Part shown: positions 13,598 to 25,679 of the stretch, piece by piece
How the letters are laid out: each line of letters starts with the position of its first letter
How positions within the stretch are numbered: position 1 is the first letter of the stretch
NCBI GenBank assembly: GCA_964016885.1
Contig: OZ024740.1
Location: 341,868,001-341,932,000, forward strand
Direction of reading: 5' to 3'
DNA: 64,000 nucleotides
From: Eledone cirrhosa
Lineage: Eukaryota
Position numbers and translations under genes: made by a program
The notes under the pieces: model-generated
The model's input: only the letters and a program-made list of their open reading frames with translations
Database searches by the model: none
Told to the model about the DNA's origin: nothing

Positions 13598-14562
13598 CAG
13601 CAGTGGTGGAGGGTGTTCTGAAAGTACAGTAGCCAGAGTCAGAACGGGATGGAAAAAGGTTCAGAGAGCTTATACCGCTGTTGGCCACAAGAGGTTTCTC
13701 TCTAAAAATGAAAGGCAGATTGTATGATGCCTGTATACGAACAGCAATACTATATAGCAATGAGACATGGGCATTACGTGCAGAGGACCTGCGCAGACCG
13801 GAAAGGAACGAAGCATGCATGCTTCGTTGGATGTGTAATAGTAATATACGTGAACGGCAAAGCATAAATGAACTAAGTGAGAAATTAGGAATAAGAGGGA
13901 TCAGATGCTGTTTACTTGAAAGAAGACTACGTTGGTATGGCCATGTGATGCGCATGAAAGACAACAGCTGTATAAAAAAGTGCAGGGCGATCAAAATTGA
14001 TGGTAGTTACAGAGTAGGTAGACCCAGAAAAATCTGGGACGATCTGATAAATTCCGACCTTACACACTTGCACCTCTCTAAGACAATGTCATGGACCGAG
14101 ATCTTTGGCGCTATGCAGTAATACAGAAGACCCGCTTTGCCTATGTACAAAGCAAAACCTACAGTCAGTAGGTACCTCTTAACCAAATATACACACCAAT
14201 CCACTACCCCTACCCTATCCTCCCACTCCCACCAACACCACCCTCTCTCTGTAACGTTGGTACCACAACATCCAGTCCAAATAAATGAGATAATGAGATC
14301 GAGATCGTGTAGGTGTCACGACAAAAAAAACACCGTCCACGCTGTAATGTGGCCGTGTAGGTAACACGGTAAAAAGTTCCCAGTTCCACACTGTAAATGT
14401 GGTTGGTGTTAGGAAGGGCATCCAGCCGTAGAAAACCTGCGAGATAGTCCTACATGAGCGAGACACGGTCATCCGACCAACCTTGCCTCAAGTGGGACAA
14501 CTCCCATCTAACCCATGCTAGCGTGGAAGTTGGACGTTAAACGAAGATGATGAGGATGATGA
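13598..14562 (+). mobile_element. 5'-truncated RTE LINE, directly followed by CORE-SINE sequence (~14563-14870)
   Basis: ORF 13681-14121 (KGRLYDACIRTA...LRWYGHVMR); 3' UTR and (GAT)n tail. Confidence 0.9.
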
Positions 14563-15335
14563 TGGTTAGGGTATTTGGCTTACAATCATAAGGTTGTGAG
14601 TTCGATTCCCAGCGGCCCGTTGTGTCCTTGAGCAAGACACTTTATTTCATGTCGCTCCAGTTCACTGAGCTGGCAAAAATGAGTTGTGCCTGTAGTTTGA
14701 ATGGCCAGCCTTGTCACATTATGTGTCACACTGAATCTCCCAGAGAACTACATTAGGGGTACGCATGTCTGTGAAATGCTCAGCTACTTGCACGTTCATT
14801 TCACAAGCAGGCTGTTCTGTTGAATGGATCAACTGGAACACTCATCGTCGTAACTGACGGAGTGCCTCAACAGCATATATATATATATAAGCTGGGTTAG
14901 CACTACCATTAGGCCAACTAGGCAGCCCCCTATAGCATACATCTCAGCATCCAACCCATGCAATCATGAAATAATGGCTGTAAGAATGATGATATATATA
15001 TATATATGCCATTTCTCTAAAATGGGTGATAAACACACATGCTTTCTTCCTATGAAAACATTTTATTCCATTTCTTCCTTTTCTTACTCTTATCTATACT
15101 TCCATTTCTTCTTCCCATATTTATCTTGTACTGTATTGTTCTCCTGTGTTGTTTTTCCTTGTTGATTTTTCACATACGTATACTAAGGAAAAAGGGGACA
15201 ACAAAATGGTCAAAATGAAACTCAACAACACAACACACTGAAAATCCCAAATTACTGAAAGTCATAATGCTGGTAAAAACTGATATTACTTGCTGACAAC
15301 CAAAACAACAAAACCACTTTCTTTCTCTTCCTTAC

Positions 15336-15408
15336 TTTCAGATGATGGACAAGGTCCCAAAATGTTAAATGATTTACTCCTTTCAGCAACTGAACTCATG
15401 AAACACTT
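15336..15408 (-). CDS. Gene A possible optional exon
   Basis: tttatag acceptor, gtaag donor, phase 0-1, KCFMSSVAERSKSFNILGPCPSSE. Needed only if the upstream exon ends at 15815. Confidence 0.3.
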
Positions 15409-15771
15409 CTATAAACTAATCGCTGCCAACACAGACTGTTACCAGTTTCCTCAAAAGTAGGATTTTACTGATATACTAAAGGTCAATGATTTTTCTCCAT
15501 TAGTTTTTACATCCATTTTTCAATGCTGGCACAGGTTGGACAGAGTCACCAAGAGTCCATTACAAGATTAACCGCAACTGTCGCTGGTATTCATTTTGAG
15601 CTGTGTGCATGAGAGCAGCATTGAAATGCCTCGCTCAATGACACAATACAGTCCTTAGTCTGAGGATCAAACCCACAAACTTATGATCATGAACCCTAGC
15701 CACAAAACTGCACACCTTCAATCTAATACAAAGGTCAATAAATCCTTTATGACAAATCTTAATTTACAAAC

Positions 15772-15872
15772 TTTTCTGCCTTTCCTTATGGTGGCTACAT
15801 CTGAATTGCATTACTTGTGTCTTCATATAATATTCTGATTCAGAGTAAAAACTTTCTTCATATATCTTGAAC
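15772..15872 (-). CDS. Gene A exon, end of the RGS domain (donor at 15815 or 15772)
   Basis: ttctgtttgatcag acceptor. Phase 2 completes 'LEENW|FKIYEESFYSESEYYMKTQ', resembling the RGS terminal helix pattern LE..WF..Y..S. Confidence 0.7.
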
Positions 15873-16067
15873 CTGATCAAACAGAAATGAATACTATAAT
15901 TAGAGTTTCAGAAATTTAGAAACAATATTGATAGTAAATTAAATTCTTATAAAAATAATTCTGTACTGAAACCTATCAATTTAATTAAAACTAAACATAA
16001 ATCAAATTTAATCACACAACTAACTGTAGTAGAGCAACATACTTCAACATAGATTCACTAATCTTAC

Positions 16068-16185
16068 CAGTTTTCTTCTAGGGATTCAGAAACTACAGGA
16101 CAGGCTGCTGCCAAGAATTCTGGAGTCACACATTCACTTGCAGTCAATAGGATGATTATTTTGGCTGAACACTGCAAAAGGTTCT
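16068..16185 (-). CDS. Gene A exon, second half of the RGS domain
   Basis: attttacag acceptor and gtaag donor. Single open frame NLLQCSAKIIILLTASECVTPEFLAAACPVVSESLEEN(W), phase 1-2. Confidence 0.8.
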
Positions 16186-17289
16186 CTGTAAAATAATAAC
16201 AAAAAAGATGTTAAATGATTTTGCATCACCCTTAACCTTTTTAATACCAAATTGCCTGAAACTGCTCGATACAAAATTGTTTATTTTTAAGTGTTGATTT
16301 TGCTTTTCATCCTTCCGGGGTCAATGAATAAAGTAGCCATCAAATATACACCAAAGTTGATTTAATCAACTTTGCCCTTCCCCAAAATTTGCTAGCCTTG
16401 TGCCAAAGTTAGAAATCAATATTTATCTAAAAATCTTGTGTCATAATTACATTCTAGTACTCTTCTACAATTTTATCATGGCACCAGCACTTGGGAGTTT
16501 GCTATATTTTTGACACAACTGAAGAGACTTCTTGACTCTTTTTTGGCATGATTTCTACAGCAGGATTTCCTTCCTATCACCAACCACTTTACAAAGTGCA
16601 CTGGGTGTGTTTTATCATGGCACAGCACTAGGGAGGTTACCATTCGATCACAAAATATTAGTTGGTAAGGCTATAGTAAAAGGCACTTGTTCAAAATATT
16701 TCACAATAGAATGGAACCCAAAGCCATGTAGTTGCAAACCAAATTACTTAATTATACAACTATGTCAATATATTTTAAAATTTTCATGGCCGGATTACTA
16801 GAGAATAAAACCTTAACACTGAGTAGTGCCATCTAACAAGCAAGGTGAAGGATAGAGAACCTTTTTAGGCTGGAAGGCCACATAGAAATTAACTAACCTC
16901 ACTAAACCTGTTATTTTACAAAATACAATTACAAATGTATGTAAAGAAATATAAGTTGGTTTTTCTACAAGTCATAATTTGTTGAATAGATGGACAACTA
17001 GCGGCTTCACAGCTTCTGCCCCACAATCAAAGACATCATTGATTATTCAACCTGAATACATTTCTTTGATGACTGTATCTTCTGCTACCAGACACCTTAT
17101 ATCTATGATAATGACAAAAATTAATGACATGATAGTAAGAATTGTCATGCATATCAACTTATCTGAAAATATCATCAGTCAAAAATTAATATATCCCACA
17201 AAAGGTACTGTTTTTGTAGCTAATTCTGAACTCCCAAGACTAATTAATGGATTCTGTTTTACTGAAATATCTATAAAAGATATATTATA

Positions 17290-17349
17290 TATATATATAT
17301 ATATATCCTCATCATCATTGATTAACGCCTATCTTCCATGCTAGCATGG

Positions 17350-17390
<41 letters not shown>

Positions 17391-17962
17391 ATGTGTTTGT
17401 GTGTGTGTGTGTGTGTGTATAGAACTGTTTCTGGCAGGTTTTCTACAGCTGGATGCCCTTCCTAACGCCAACCACATTTACAGTGGAGACTCAGAGCCTT
17501 TTTACCGTGTCTCCTACACGACCACTTTATAGTGTGGACTGGGTGCTTTTTGTCGTGTCACCTACACAACCACTTTACAGTGTGTATTATATGTTTTTGT
17601 GGAACCAACATAACTCTACAGATAAAGGGTGGTGTGGATCGAAGTGGGAGGACGGAGTAGGGTGTGTGGAGTGGGGTGTATATTGGGTTAAGAGGTGCTT
17701 ATTGACTGTAGGTTTAAGTTCGTATGTAAGGGAAGGTGGGTCTTCTGCATAGCGCCAAAGATCTCAATCCAGTGACATTGTCTTAGAGAGGTGTAAGTGA
17801 GCAAGGTCAGTTTTTATCACCTCGTCTCACGTTTTTCTGGGTCTACCCACTCTGTAGCTTCACCTGACCAATCTTGCCTCAAGTGGGACAAACCCGTCCA
17901 ACCCATACTAGTGTGGAAGATGGACGTTAAACGATGATGATGATGATGATGATGATGATGAT
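17290..17962. mobile_element. RTE 3' fragments: minus-strand piece ~17310-17860 joined to a plus-strand tail ~17860-17962
   Basis: Matches the RTE 3' UTR seen at 14100-14560; (GAT)n tail; TA/TG microsatellites. Confidence 0.75.
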
Positions 17963-17965
17963 ATG

Positions 17966-18003
<38 letters not shown>

Positions 18004-18092
18004 CAAAAGGCAAACAGAAATAATAAAGCAAACGACACAGTACAATGAAGAAATATAGTATAGTTTTACACTTGATATAGTAGGAAAAGAGT

Positions 18093-18129
<37 letters not shown>

Positions 18130-18132
<3 letters not shown>

Positions 18133-18900
18133 GATATTGTTAAAACTGAAAAAAAAAAAAATTGTTATCATATTAGATTCTTCTAGAATCTAACTAATCT
18201 TTTCTTTCTCGGGAACTTTGTTCTGTCCATACCTTTTGGTGTTATTATTTACTATCTCCTGGCGGTGAATTGGCAGTATCGGTAGAGGGTCAGACATACT
18301 TTCCAGCATAGTTACGTCCCTTTACGATCTGAGTTCAAATCCCGCCGAAGTTAACTTTGCCTTTCATCCTTACGGGGGTTGATAAAATAAAGTACCAGTA
18401 ATGTACTGAGTAATTGCTGGCCTTGTGCCAAAAAATAGAAACAATTATTTACTATCTCCAACATGCTTTAATATGCTCCCCCACCCCCTTCTCTCCGCAA
18501 ATATAAAATAAACTTAACTTTACTGCCGAATTGTTGTTGAATCAGATATGTAAGCTCTTCAATTTTCTCATCTCTCCTTTCGTAGTCCATCTGGCTATCA
18601 ATGTTTAAACTGGTCTATTGTCTCTCGGAATTATGTATTGTAGACATTGTTAGAATTTAAAACGAAAAAAAAAAATTTATCATATTAGTTAGACCCTTCT
18701 AGAATCTAATCTAATTTCTCTCTCGGGACTTTGTTCTGTCCATACCTACCTTTTTGTGTTATTATTTACTATCTCTCACACATTTCAATATGTTTAAATC
18801 TGATGGAACCTTCTAGAATCTAATCTTTTCTCTCTCGGAACTTCGTTCTGTCCATACCTTTTTCTGTTATTATTTACTATCTCCCACACGCTTTAATATG
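18130..18900. repeat. Three degenerate tandem copies of a local unit, with a SINE inserted at the first copy
   Basis: 'ttctagaatctaa...ctctcgg...ttgttctgtccatacc...ttatttactatctc' occurs three times. The SINE at ~18260-18445 is flanked by the TSD ttatttactatctcc. Confidence 0.75.
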
Positions 18901-18929
18901 CTTACATCTCCTAAAGTTACCCATTTCAC

Positions 18930-21900
18930 TGCCACCCACCCCCACACACCACCATTGTTATTTGGTCCAATCAAAACTCAGCAGTTTATAGTAAAGTTTC
19001 TAGCATAAATCTCTATTGCAAAGCCACTGCCTCAGCTACTACTCCTTAAGTCTAGACCTGGTTGTTTTTTGGTATGCCAAATGGACTACAGAGTTGGAGA
19101 GTCTGAGCATTCAATGACAATGTCAAAGATAAAGGTAAATTCACCTCCTGCTGCCGGACGAGAATGCAAGCACTCCTCTTTATTTCAGACATGTTTGTTG
19201 TGTTCAAGAGACTAGGTGGGGGGTGGGTCTGCTAGATTCAGTGTGGTAAAAAATAACTTTTCTGGATGGGAAATGACAATGGGCTGGGTGGAGTAGGAAT
19301 TATGTTAGCAGAAAAATGGGTAGATAAGGTAATTGCTGTAAACAGACTCAGTTCTAAATAGAATGACTGTGTCAATAATATCTACTTATGCACCCTAATC
19401 TGGCCTACCTGACGTTATAAAAGACAGGTTCTATGAGTTGCTAATGCTCATTACCTCCCAAATAACTGACAGCGACTACACAATTATTGCTGGCGACCTT
19501 AATGGTCATGTTGGACAACATTGTGATGGCTATGACGGAATCCATGGAGGCTATGGGTTTGGTACTAGTCATGAGGAAGGCTTCAGGATCCTGGAATTCT
19601 GTGATGCTAATAACCTAACTATCTGTAACACAAACTTCAAAAAGTGAGACAATCACTTGATCACCTATAGATCAGGGGAACACACCAGCCAGATAGATTA
19701 CATCCTTACTAGAAGATGTGACTGAGTGACTGTTGCAAACACTAAGTCCCTCCCTCGAGAAGAATGCACCTCCCAACATAGCCTAATAGTTAGTGACCTC
19801 ATAGTCAGGACTAGACGTACTTGACAACAGAGGACTATCTTGAGGAGAAGAATATGGACATTGAAAGACCCCAAAACCAATAACAAATTTAAGAGCATAT
19901 TACTTGATGCTTTTGACAGTAAGGAAGAGCAATTAGAAACATACAATATAGAGAAACAGTGGGAATTCTTGAAAGTTAACCTGCTGAAGGTGACGGATGA
20001 AATCTTTAGCTGGAGCAGACCTTTAGGCAGGAGGAGAATAACTTGGTGGTGGAACAGTAAGGTGGAGGAGACAATCAAGGTCAAAAAGCAGGCTTGGAAA
20101 GTATGGCATGATGGGGGAAGTAGAGAACACTATTAGGTGGCTAGGAGAGAAGCTAGGTGACAAGTGTACTTTGCAAGAAGGTAAGCAGAGGATACAAAGT
20201 TCAAGCATGTTCTACAAAACAAGGACCAAACACGTGAAGTGTTCAGGATTGCAAGACAATGTGTCTAGGAAAACTGTGATATTGTCAAGGAGAAGTGTGT
20301 CCATAATGATGAGGTGTACTTGCCCTCACTGATACTGATAAGAAGGTAGCTTGGAAGCGTCACTACGAGAGACTACTAAATGAGGAGAATAAATGGGAAA
20401 AAGATAGTCTGCACCAAATGGATCCAATAGAGGGATCAGCTGTGCAAGTTAATGGTAGTATAATAAGTAAGGCAATCAAAGATATGAAGACAGGCAAGGC
20501 AGCTGGGCCTTCGGAGATAGTTGCTGAGATGTTGAAAGCATCTGGAATGGTGGGGACATACTATGGTCACCCGGATAGTAAACCAAGTAATACAGAATGG
20601 GGTCATACCAAATGACTGGCATAGCAGCATCATCGTTAACTGCTACAAGGGCAAGGAAGACACTCTACATAGAGGAAACTATTGAGGCATTAAGTTCGTT
20701 GACCAGGTCATGAAGGTCACAGAAAGAGTTATTGCACAACTAATTAGAGGCCAAATTGATCTAGATGAAATGCAGTTTGGGTTTGTGCCAGGTAAAAGTA
20801 CCACAGATGCTCTTTTCCTTGTACGGCAACTACAGGAGAAGTAATTAGCTAAAAGTAAATCCCTCTACTTAGCTTTTGTTGACTTGAAGAAAGCCTTTGA
20901 CAGAGTACCCCGCTCAATTATCTGGTGGACTCTTAGAAAACTAGGAGTAGATGAATGGTTTGTGAGAGCTATACAAGCCATGTATAGAGAAACAGTCAGC
21001 AAGGTTAGAATTAACAATGAATATAGTGAAGAATTTAGAATAAAAGTAGGTGTTCATCAAGGCTCCATCCTTAGTCCCGTCCTGTTTATTATTGCCCTTC
21101 AGGCTATAGCAGAGGAGTTTAAGACTGGCTGCTCATGGGAACTTCTATATGCAGATGATGTAACTCTTATAGCTGAATCTATGGCTGAACTAGAAAAGAA
21201 ATTCCAAACAAGGAAGCATGGCCTAGAATCAAAAGGCCTTAAAGTTAACTTGTCTAAGACTAAAGTTCTAGTATGTAGAAAGGAAAATGACCATGTTCAG
21301 TATGTAGGAAAGGAGTAGGTAGAAATTCCATTCTATACCCCAAATGCAAACTATGGGTACATAAAAGATGTAGTGGGATCACAGGCAAGCTATCTACGAA
21401 TGTAGATTATGTATGTGGCAGATGCTCAGATGCAATAAGTAACAAGTGCCCACAGGATACTAGCTCCTTCTACTGCCCTGATGGTTCTATAGAAATAGTG
21501 GACACTCTCCGTTACCTGGGTGACAAAATCAGCAGGGGTGGAGAGTGCTCTTAAAGTACAGTAGCCAGAGTTAGAACGGGATGGAAAAAGTTCAGAGAGC
21601 TTATACCGCTGTTGGCCACAAAAGATTTCTCTCTAAAAATGAAAGGTAGATTGTATGATGCTTGTATATGAACAGCAATGTTACATGGCAATGAGACATG
21701 GGCTTTGTGTGCAGAGGAACTGCGCAGATTGGAAAGGAACGAAGCATGCATGCTCTGTTGCATGTATAATAGTAATATACATGAACAGCAAAACATAAAC
21801 GGACTAAGTGAGAAATTAGGAATAAGAGGTATCAGATGCTGTTTACTTGAGAGAAGACTACGTTGGTATGGTCACGTGATGCGCATGAAAGATGAAAGCT

Positions 21901-22473
21901 GTATAAAAAAGTGCAGGGCAATCAAAATTGATGGAAGTTACGGAGTAGGTAGACCCAGAAAAACCTGGAACGACATGATAAAATCCAACCTTGCATACTT
22001 ACACCTCTCTAAGACAATGTCATTGGATTGAGATCTTTGGCGCTACGCAGTAAAACAGAAGTCCCAACTTCTATATTTACAAATTTAACCTACAGTCAGT
22101 AGGCAAATATACACCCCAACCCACTAACCCTACTCCATCCTCCCACTCCCACCAAGACCATTCTTTCTCTGTAAAGTTATATTGGTACCACAGGATATCC
22201 AGTCCAAACTAAAGAGGTCGTGTAGGTGTCATGACAAAAGAAACACCCAGTCCTCGCTGTAAAGTGGTCGTGTAGGAAACACAGTAAAAAGGCTCCCAGT
22301 CCACACTGTAAATGTGGTTGGTGTCAGGAAGGGCATCAACCATAGAAAACCTGCCAGATACAGTCCTATACGAGCGAGACTCAGTCACCCGATCAATCTT
22401 GCCTCAAGTAGGACAATTCCCATCTAACCCATGCTAGCATGGAAGATAGACGTTAAACGATGATGATGATGAT
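18930..22473 (+). mobile_element. Long, heavily decayed RTE LINE
   Basis: Collinear broken ORFs 19438-22031 (GDLNGH, KAFD, YADD, LRWYGHVMR); (GAT)n tail at ~22460. Confidence 0.92.
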
Positions 22474-23434
22474 ATATATATTAAAAAAACAGAACTTTCT
22501 ATTCTTCTACAAATTTGGCTGATATGATTTTCATTGAACATCTGCTTTTCCGTGTTGGCATTGGTTGGAATGGATGGTTATAGACCAAGTCAGTACTTAA
22601 TTGGAGCTATTGTCCTCACAGATGGCTTAGGATCTACATCTCACTTATATATGTTCCACTTTTCACATGACCTCTATATGAACATCCTATGAACAACCAG
22701 ATTACGGAGTGTAGTACTGGATGCATTTTATCATAGCATCAGCACTAGTGAGGTTGTCATGTCCTTGACACAAATACAAAGTTCACTCAACCCTTTGTTA
22801 GGCATGGTTCTGTAGCTGGATGCCTTTCCTTACATTATGTACTGTGTGCATTCTATACTGACATACCTGTTTTGAAATTATATAAAGAATTTAGAGTTCC
22901 TTATTATGGTGGAGTAGAACCTTTTACTTTCATTAATTTTGAGTTTACTCATCTACTAATGGCTAATGTTTTTGTTTTTTTTAAATCTCACTCCATATTG
23001 TAAATTCCACCAAAATAATACGGAAAATAAAGAATTCCAAAACGTTTAAGAGAAGGTACCATAGAACCAAGTAAATAATTATGATAAACAGGTTTTTGTT
23101 CCTACTGTCAATTCTGGAAAAAAAGACATCTAGAGGTTTTTTCTCAAAACATCAACTAAGTATTTTGCAAAGCTTGAGACTTATCCAGTTTCTCATATGG
23201 ATGACCTGGTTAATGATATATCCAAACACAAATATTATAGCAACATTTGTTAAACTGTTATGAGAAAGAAAGTTCTATGTATTATCCTTTAATCAATTTA
23301 AAAGACATAGATTGTTAGAAGTCTAGATATAAGGGACATAACTGCTTTTATAGATAAACAGCTCTTACCCTCACAAAAGGTATACCGTATTCCTGACAAA
23401 GCTATATATGGCAAAATATATAAGATATCCATTT

Positions 23435-23565
23435 TATGGATATTTTATCATCTAGGTATATGGCATCAACAGTTTTATTATCTGTATATAATATGGTATC
23501 AACAGTTTTATCATCTATATATAGTATAGTATGGACAATTTCATCACATATATATGGTATAGACA
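23435..23565. repeat. Degenerate ~30-bp minisatellite, about 4 copies
   Basis: Repeated 'tatgg(t/c)atcaacagttttat(c/t)atct'. Confidence 0.65.
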
Positions 23566-24972
23566 ATGATGGAAATAGTGGAGGCTATGCAGTGGGATGG
23601 CATTCCTCTACTTTCCACTTTCGGAAGAATGGAGCTTATAGCATCTGCCCCTCCTTTCCAACTTCAACTTCACAAACTTTAGTGTAGTCTTAGTTCCTAA
23701 AACCCATTTCTGTGACTAGGTATATAGATTGGATAAATCACTTAAACAACATATCACTACTCAGTTCACTCCTTTGTCAACTCATCTGTGAAGCTTAGCA
23801 CACTAACATTTGTCATTCTTTGTTGTGGGTGTCTTCTTAACTCTTAACATTCTCTTTTTTTTACCCAGCATCCATAGTCTATTCACATTGCATGTACATA
23901 CTTGTACACTCATCTCTTTTGTTTATATTGGTTGATGCCTTTAATACATAGCTACTCTTAGATAAAGTGTATTCTTTTGTGTAAGTTAATATTGCACATC
24001 TAATGGATTGTGTTCAAATCATTTATCCCCAACATCCAATGGTCGTATCTCATTACCGTGTATCATCATCTTATATATGCTTCATCTGGCTTTTTACACA
24101 GAAAGGGAAGCCTTTTATTACAAAAAATAACTGCACTTTAAGCTTCTTCAACCTTTCCTTTCCCTAACTACTACACTTTCATTACAATCACATAAATAAT
24201 CCAGTACTAATTAAATCACCTAGATCACATAAATTATTAATTACTTCTAACAAACCATCTGAGTAGTTTATGAACTTCATTTCATTCCTGGCTCTACTAC
24301 CAACTACTTGAATGTATCTAATTAGTGCATTTGAAATCCTAGTTATTTGTCTATCAGAAATTCCACTGCATCTTCTGTATACCTATTGTTTACACATTAG
24401 TATAGAATACTGAGTTCCAACTAACCCTCTTCACACATATTGAGCTATACAAATTCCACATGAATGTAGGCATAGCAGTGTGATTAAGAAGTTTACTTTT
24501 CAATTATATTTTTACAGGTCTGATCCCATTGTGCGGCACATTGGGTAAGTGTCTTCTACCACTGCCTCAGGTCGACAAAAGACTTGTGAGAGAAGTTTGG
24601 TAGGTGGAAAATGAATGGAAGCTCATTGGGGAAACCATTCTTGTTCTTGAATGATAGACTGAATACATTGCCCAGTTTAATATCACTAACTGGCCATTGG
24701 GTGTCTTTAGCACACTGTTGCAAGCATTTAGGCCATGTCTCCAATTTGAGTATAACTCCCTCGCACTAATCTAAACAGTCTTCAATAAGTTCATGGGTGT
24801 TATCTTTCCTTTTCTGACTGAGGACTAGGATCTTGTGTTCCTTACTACCTAGCACTTTGCTCTTTGACATGTTGATATTTTATTTTTTTAACATTTGATA
24901 TGTTGTGTGTGGCCCTTTGGGATATTCTGATACCAATAAAAATGTTGGTGATGAACAATTACAAAATCTTAC

Positions 24973-25157
24973 CATTTTTATTTCTAAAAAATTTTTTCCA
25001 AATGTATTCAGCTTTGCGTCTCTGAACCTCCGCATCCTTTATCTTCATCATTTCAGAAACCATTTCAATAAACTGCAGGGGTTGAACAGATTTTTGTTTC
25101 AAGAGAAATCTTCGAAAATCAACTCGGTATTTGGGACTCAGGGCCTCTTCAAAGTAT
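24973..25157 (-). CDS. Gene A exon, first half of the RGS domain
   Basis: gttattttcag acceptor, G|gtaag donor. YFEEALSPKYRVDFRRFLLKQKSVQPLQFIEMVSEMMKIKDAEVQRRKAEYIWKKFFRNKN shows the RGS pattern F..FL......L.F...V...KA..I..KF. Confidence 0.85.
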
Positions 25158-25679
25158 CTGAAAATAACAATAAGTATTATTATTCTTGTGGATTGGCAGT
25201 ATCGGTAGAGGGTCGGACGCCATGCTTTGACGCATAGAGTTACGTCCCTTTCTATTCTGAGTTCAAATCTCGCCGAGGTTAACTTTGCCTTTCATCCTTA
25301 CGGGTCGATAAAATAAGGTACCAGTAATGCACTGGGTAATTGCTGGCCTTGTACCAAAAGTAGAAACAATTATTATTCTTTTTTAGATATCTCATCTCCA
25401 TACACATATACACATGTATCTGTGTCTATATCATGACTCATTCACTGTTCACTTTCCTGACATTTGTACATTATTCTATGTACTATACATGCACCTTTGA
25501 TGAGTTGTAGTGTACCTGAGCACTGTACACAATAATTTTAACTTTGCCTTTCATCCTTACGGGGTCGATAAAGTACCAGTAAAGTACTGGGATAATTGCT
25601 GGCCTTGTGCCAAAAAGTAGAACAATTATTATTATTTTAAGGCTTTAATCATGGAATAGCTCTAACTATTATGAAATCA

